In this document: positions 63,871 through 64,000 of the stretch, one piece after another | Layout of the letters: each line of letters begins with the position of its first letter | How positions within the stretch are numbered: the first letter of the stretch is position 1 | Origin: Candidatus Poseidoniaceae archaeon | GTDB taxonomy: Archaea; Thermoplasmatota; Poseidoniia; Poseidoniales; Poseidoniaceae | Reading direction: 5' to 3' | NCBI GenBank assembly: GCA_949373095.1 | Contig: CASIBY010000005.1 | Span: forward strand, 110,955 to 174,954 | Length of the DNA stretch: 64,000 nucleotides | Notes under the pieces: model-generated | Databases searched by the model: none | The model's input: only the letters and a program-made list of their open reading frames with translations | Told to the model about the DNA's origin: nothing | Position numbers and translations under genes: made by a program

Positions 63871-64000
63871 TCATGCCTTCCTATATGTTCGGTGGATCCT
63901 GTCTTCGGGGCGGTGTCCCACCATTGCCCCTTCAATGACGACCGGATGGTCGCCAACAGTGAATGTGATACTGGCTTTGTTCAGTGTGACCGTTCGGTCA
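63871..64000 (-). CDS. rnp1: RNase P protein component 1 (Rpp29/Pop4), C-terminal fragment; the 5' end lies outside the window.
   Basis: The translation ...VTLNKASITFTVGDHPVVIEGAMVGHRPEDRIHRTYRKA* fits the Rpp29 C-terminus (..G..l.grPedR). This is its conserved position upstream of S17 in archaea. Confidence 0.7.
   Translation of the reverse strand, partial: DRTVTLNKASITFTVGDHPVVIEGAMVGHRPEDRIHRTYRKA

Overview
This window is an archaeal chromosomal segment. It is most consistent with a marine Thermoplasmatota genome (Marine Group II / Poseidoniales-like). That placement rests on gene content and my reading of the 16S sequence, since no database search was possible.

Contents:
- A canonical archaeal spc ribosomal-protein operon on the minus strand (55.1-64.0 kb): Rpp29-S17-L14-L24-S4e-L5-S14-S8-L6-L32e-L19e-L18-S5-L30-L15-SecY.
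- A solitary 16S rRNA gene (51728-53190, minus) with its own hairpin plus oligo-U terminator and no 23S or spacer tRNA.
- One tRNA-Leu(UAA).
- Core metabolism: a lipA-led 2-oxoacid dehydrogenase operon (E1a/E1b/E2/E3), lipB, class Ia RNR nrdBA divergent from dut, carAB, folP, thiolase, NAD kinase and Trm56.
- An FeS-type photolyase.
- Four large membrane-anchored surface proteins (2971, 988, 948 and 780 aa). Three of them (2971, 948 and 780 aa) carry thrombospondin-type-3-like calcium-binding repeats.

Best candidate for an undescribed system: a tightly overlapping minus-strand operon at 24.6-28.8 kb. It encodes a His-rich 5-TM protein, a KAS III-like condensing enzyme, a heme-oxygenase-like diiron enzyme, an unassignable 306-aa protein and a membrane fatty-acid desaturase. 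It runs directly into a secreted YHYH/TSP3 protein and an SCO1-type copper chaperone.

Other oddities:
- SecY has a 130-aa, 4-TM N-terminal extension.
- Ribosomal protein eL32 has an N-terminal SAP domain.
- The giant TgpA-like transglutaminase adhesin appears to lack its catalytic His.
- There are +/-1 frame breaks at short homopolymers in an XPD helicase (at least 4), a TraB-family gene (1) and the essential uL14 gene (1). This pattern raises a sequence-quality question.

I found no CRISPR array, transposase, integrase or phage genes.
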